Source of the DNA: the human T2T-CHM13v2.0 reference genome, Homo sapiens
Direction: 5' to 3' (one strand)
Assembly (NCBI RefSeq): GCF_009914755.1
Contig: NC_060943.1
Length of the DNA: 64,000 nucleotides
The notes below the pieces were generated by a model. That model did not search any database. It saw only the letters and a program-made list of their open reading frames with translations, and was not told the DNA's origin. The position numbers were made by a program, and so were the translations under genes. Positions 1-64,000 of the stretch are shown piece after piece. Each line of letters starts with the position of its first letter. Position 1 is the stretch's first letter.

Positions 1-113
1 TTTGAGCTGGATAAAAATGGACTCCTGTATTGAATCTGGGTTCTTTCTCTCCACGTCTTGTCTTTGCAGTTCTTCCATGTTATCATATTTGGTTATAATT
101 TATTCCTTTTTTT

Positions 114-476
<363 letters not shown>

Positions 477-548
477 TTATATATATATATTTATTTATTT
501 AGAGATAGGTGTTGTGGATAGTGACTAAGCGGGCTGGTGGCATGCTAA

Positions 549-3520
<2,972 letters not shown>

Positions 3521-4334
3521 AAAAAACAGTGAGTCACCCTATATAAATCTGGCAAAAATTAGTTAAGTTGGAAATGCCACATGAGGGTTGGGGATATGGG
3601 GACCCGGGGACCCTCATGCACTGGTAGTGAGTAGCCATTCCGAGGGCTACCCAGCACTACTTACACAAATGGTGCGCATGGATATGTCACCCAGCAATTA
3701 GCTTCTGGGTACGCACAATAAAACATTCTCCTTCAGCTTCCTGGGGGACCAATACACAGATGTTCCCTCCAGCATTATTTCGGGAGAGCTGGAGGCAGCC
3801 TGGGTGTCCGCTCACAGTAGGGGTAGGTGGAAAAACAGAAGGGATCAGTCACCAGAGAATCCTGCAAAGCCACCACTGTCACACACCAGGTGTCCACAGA
3901 GCAACAAGGGTAGGTCTTAAAACACATAATGATGACTGACAAAAATAAGAAACACTATTAATATCTTATGATATAATGCTCAATGACACAGAATCATTTT
4001 ACATTTACATAAAGTTTTAGGGAAAAACAATATTTAATATACAACTATGCGTTGGATAATGTATAACAGATACAACATAGAATTGTATTGTACTGTATAA
4101 TTATATTAGCCTAAATATATAATTATATAATTATACATTATATAATGCCAAATTATATAATTCCATAATATGACACAAACTTTTGTGCTATTTATTGCAG
4201 TTGTGTTAACATCAGTATTTAATTATGGAACACCTAGAAACCTGCTATACCTTGAAGAACGGTTTCTATGTAATTTTGTTTAACTATGGGATATTGTTTT
4301 ATATAACTTACTGTATACCACTACATGTTAATAA

Positions 4335-4970
<636 letters not shown>

Positions 4971-4979
4971 TAGCAACAC

Positions 4980-5200
4980 TTACATTACATTAACCAGGCA
5001 CTGGCACTGTTTTAAGTTTTATCTCATTTAATTAATTATCTCATTTAACTCTCCCAACAACCACGTGAGGTCGGTACTATTAATATTCCCCTTACTGGAT
5101 GGGGAAACCGAGGCACAGAGAAGCTAAGTGGCTTATCCATGTAACTCAAGGGAGTGGCAAGGCTGGGTGGGATTCAGATCCAGATTATCTGGCTTGGAGT
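4980..5200. mobile_element. MIR
   Basis: Core motif tcatttaactctcccaacaacc...ggggaaaccgaggcacagagaagctaagtggctt. Confidence 0.75.
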
Positions 5201-5213
5201 CGGAGTCCTTGTT

Positions 5214-5551
<338 letters not shown>

Positions 5552-5699
5552 TAAAGTCAGGAGATCTGGTGCACATCCCTGCTCTGCTGCGTGATATCTT
5601 GCAAGAACTTCCCCACTCAGAGCCTCAGTCTGCCCTCTGTGAAATGGGAGAATGATGGCACGTTACTTACCGTGGTGGGGAGAAAGCGCAGGTACCTCC

Positions 5700-6014
5700 T
5701 AGATACTCTCTCTCCCACCCCACCTCCGGCGGCCAACGGCCAAGCAAACCTCCAGCCAAGATTTGGGGTATGTGGGCAGGGCTCCGGCGAAGGGGAGTGG
5801 CCGGGGAGTCCTGGTCCAATGGGGCCCGGGGGCGGGGACTTCCTCCCATCTCTGTCCAGCATGCGTGTACTCCTCGCAGTTCCATCTACCTCGCGGGTGC
5901 CTCTGGTGTCTCCAGAGGTCTCCGACCCCAGCCCGCCCCCAGCCCTCCCGCCCAGCCCGCAGCCCCCTCCCTCTGTTCCCCGACCTCAGACCCTGGGCTT
6001 CCGACCTCGACATC
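5700..6014 (+). promoter_or_regulatory. RYR1: RYR1 TATA-less GC-rich proximal promoter and 5' UTR
   Basis: CCAAT at 5816-5820, GC box GGGGCGGGG at 5829-5837, further CCCGCCC boxes at ~5932-5953, CpG-enriched, directly upstream of the ATG at 6015. The TSS (~5880) is not determinable from sequence alone. Confidence 0.8.
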
Positions 6015-62919
<56,905 letters not shown>

Positions 62920-63277
62920 GTAAGGAGTGGGGATCAGAGAGTCCTCCCCATGCTAACTTTCTCTCGAGACCTCTCCAGAAGTTTCCCTAAGATTTCCTGA
63001 CAACCCTCTACAGTATCGGTGCTATGTAACTATTGGTTGAATGAATGAATGAGTGAGTGAATGAATGTGTTAGTGAACAGTTAGACAATGCGTGTTTATA
63101 TGGGTATTTGGGTGGATGGCTATAAGCCAGATAAATGAATGGGTATGTGAATTGATGGATAGAAGAAGTGGGTAAAAAATGGCTGGCTGGATAGATGGAA
63201 GGATGAAGAGAAGGATGGATGGATGGTTGAGAACTGGGTGGAGAGATGGCTGGCTGGGTGGAAGGACAGATGGATGA

Positions 63278-64000
63278 CCTCCATAGTTTCTGATGAGAAG
63301 TCTGCTGATAGTCTTACTGAGATTCCCTTGCACATGATGAATTATTTTTCCTTGGCTGACTTTTAAGATTTTCTCTTTGTCTTTGCCTTTCAACAATTTA
63401 GTATGACGTGTCTAGGTGTAGAGCTCTTTGAATTTATCCTGTTGAAAGTTTGTTGAGTTTCTTGGATATATACTTACTTTTTATCAAAGTTGGAATATTT
63501 TTGACAATTATTTATTCAAATACTTTTCTGCCCCTTTCCTCTTCCTCTGGGACTCTCATTATGCATATATTGGTACACTTGATGGCATCCCACAGGTCTC
63601 TGAGGATTTCTTTCATTTTGCTTTTTTTTTTTTTTTGAGACGGTCTCACTCTGTCACCCAGCAGGAGTGCAGGGGCACAATCTTAGCTCACTGCATCCTC
63701 TGCCTCCTGGGCTCAAGCCATCCTCCTACCTCAGCCTCCAAAGTAGCTGGGAGAACAGGTGTGTGCCACCACGCCTGGCTAATTTTTTAATTTTTTTATA
63801 GAGTCGGGGTTTTGCCATATTGCCCAGGCTGGTCTTGAACTCCTGGGCTCAAGCAATTTGCATGCCTGGGCCTCCCAAAGTGCTGGATTACAGGTGTGAG
63901 CCACTGCACCTGGCCCATTTTTCTTCATTCTTTTACTTTTCTGTTCTTCAGGCTAGACAATCTCTATGTCCTATCTTCAAGTTCACTGACTGTTTCTCCT
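63278..64000 (-). mobile_element. Old L1 fragment (antisense) containing an antisense Alu (~63623-63916)
   Basis: tttctgatgagaagtctgctgatagtctt...ttttaagattttctctttgtctttg is typical L1 ORF1-region antisense sequence; the minus-strand ORF reads KGKDKEKILK. Confidence 0.7.

Overview
This window is human genomic DNA containing the promoter and the first 37 exons of RYR1 (skeletal-muscle ryanodine receptor 1, chr19q13.2) on the + strand. The ATG is at 6015. All 37 coding exons have canonical splice boundaries and join into one open frame of 6127 nt (about aa 1-2042), covering the N-terminal domains, SPRY1-3, Repeat12, DR2, the junctional solenoid and the Glu-rich DR3. The gene continues past the window end. 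The introns are very Alu-rich and also hold MIR, L1 and L2 remnants, a solo ERV1 LTR with a target-site duplication (TSD), several DNA-transposon relics and many degenerate short-motif arrays. I found no second protein-coding gene, RNA gene, CRISPR array or clearly new biological system; almost all non-RYR1 ORFs in the track are Alu or low-complexity artefacts. The most interesting leads are non-coding: an ~80-bp inverted duplication bracketing exon 34, reverse-complementary motif arrays in different introns, local templated insertions, a stop-free in-frame intron 21, an Alu fragment fused to the exon 11 donor, and an intragenic GC-box cluster after exon 13. Repeat coordinates and subfamily names are by eye and approximate.
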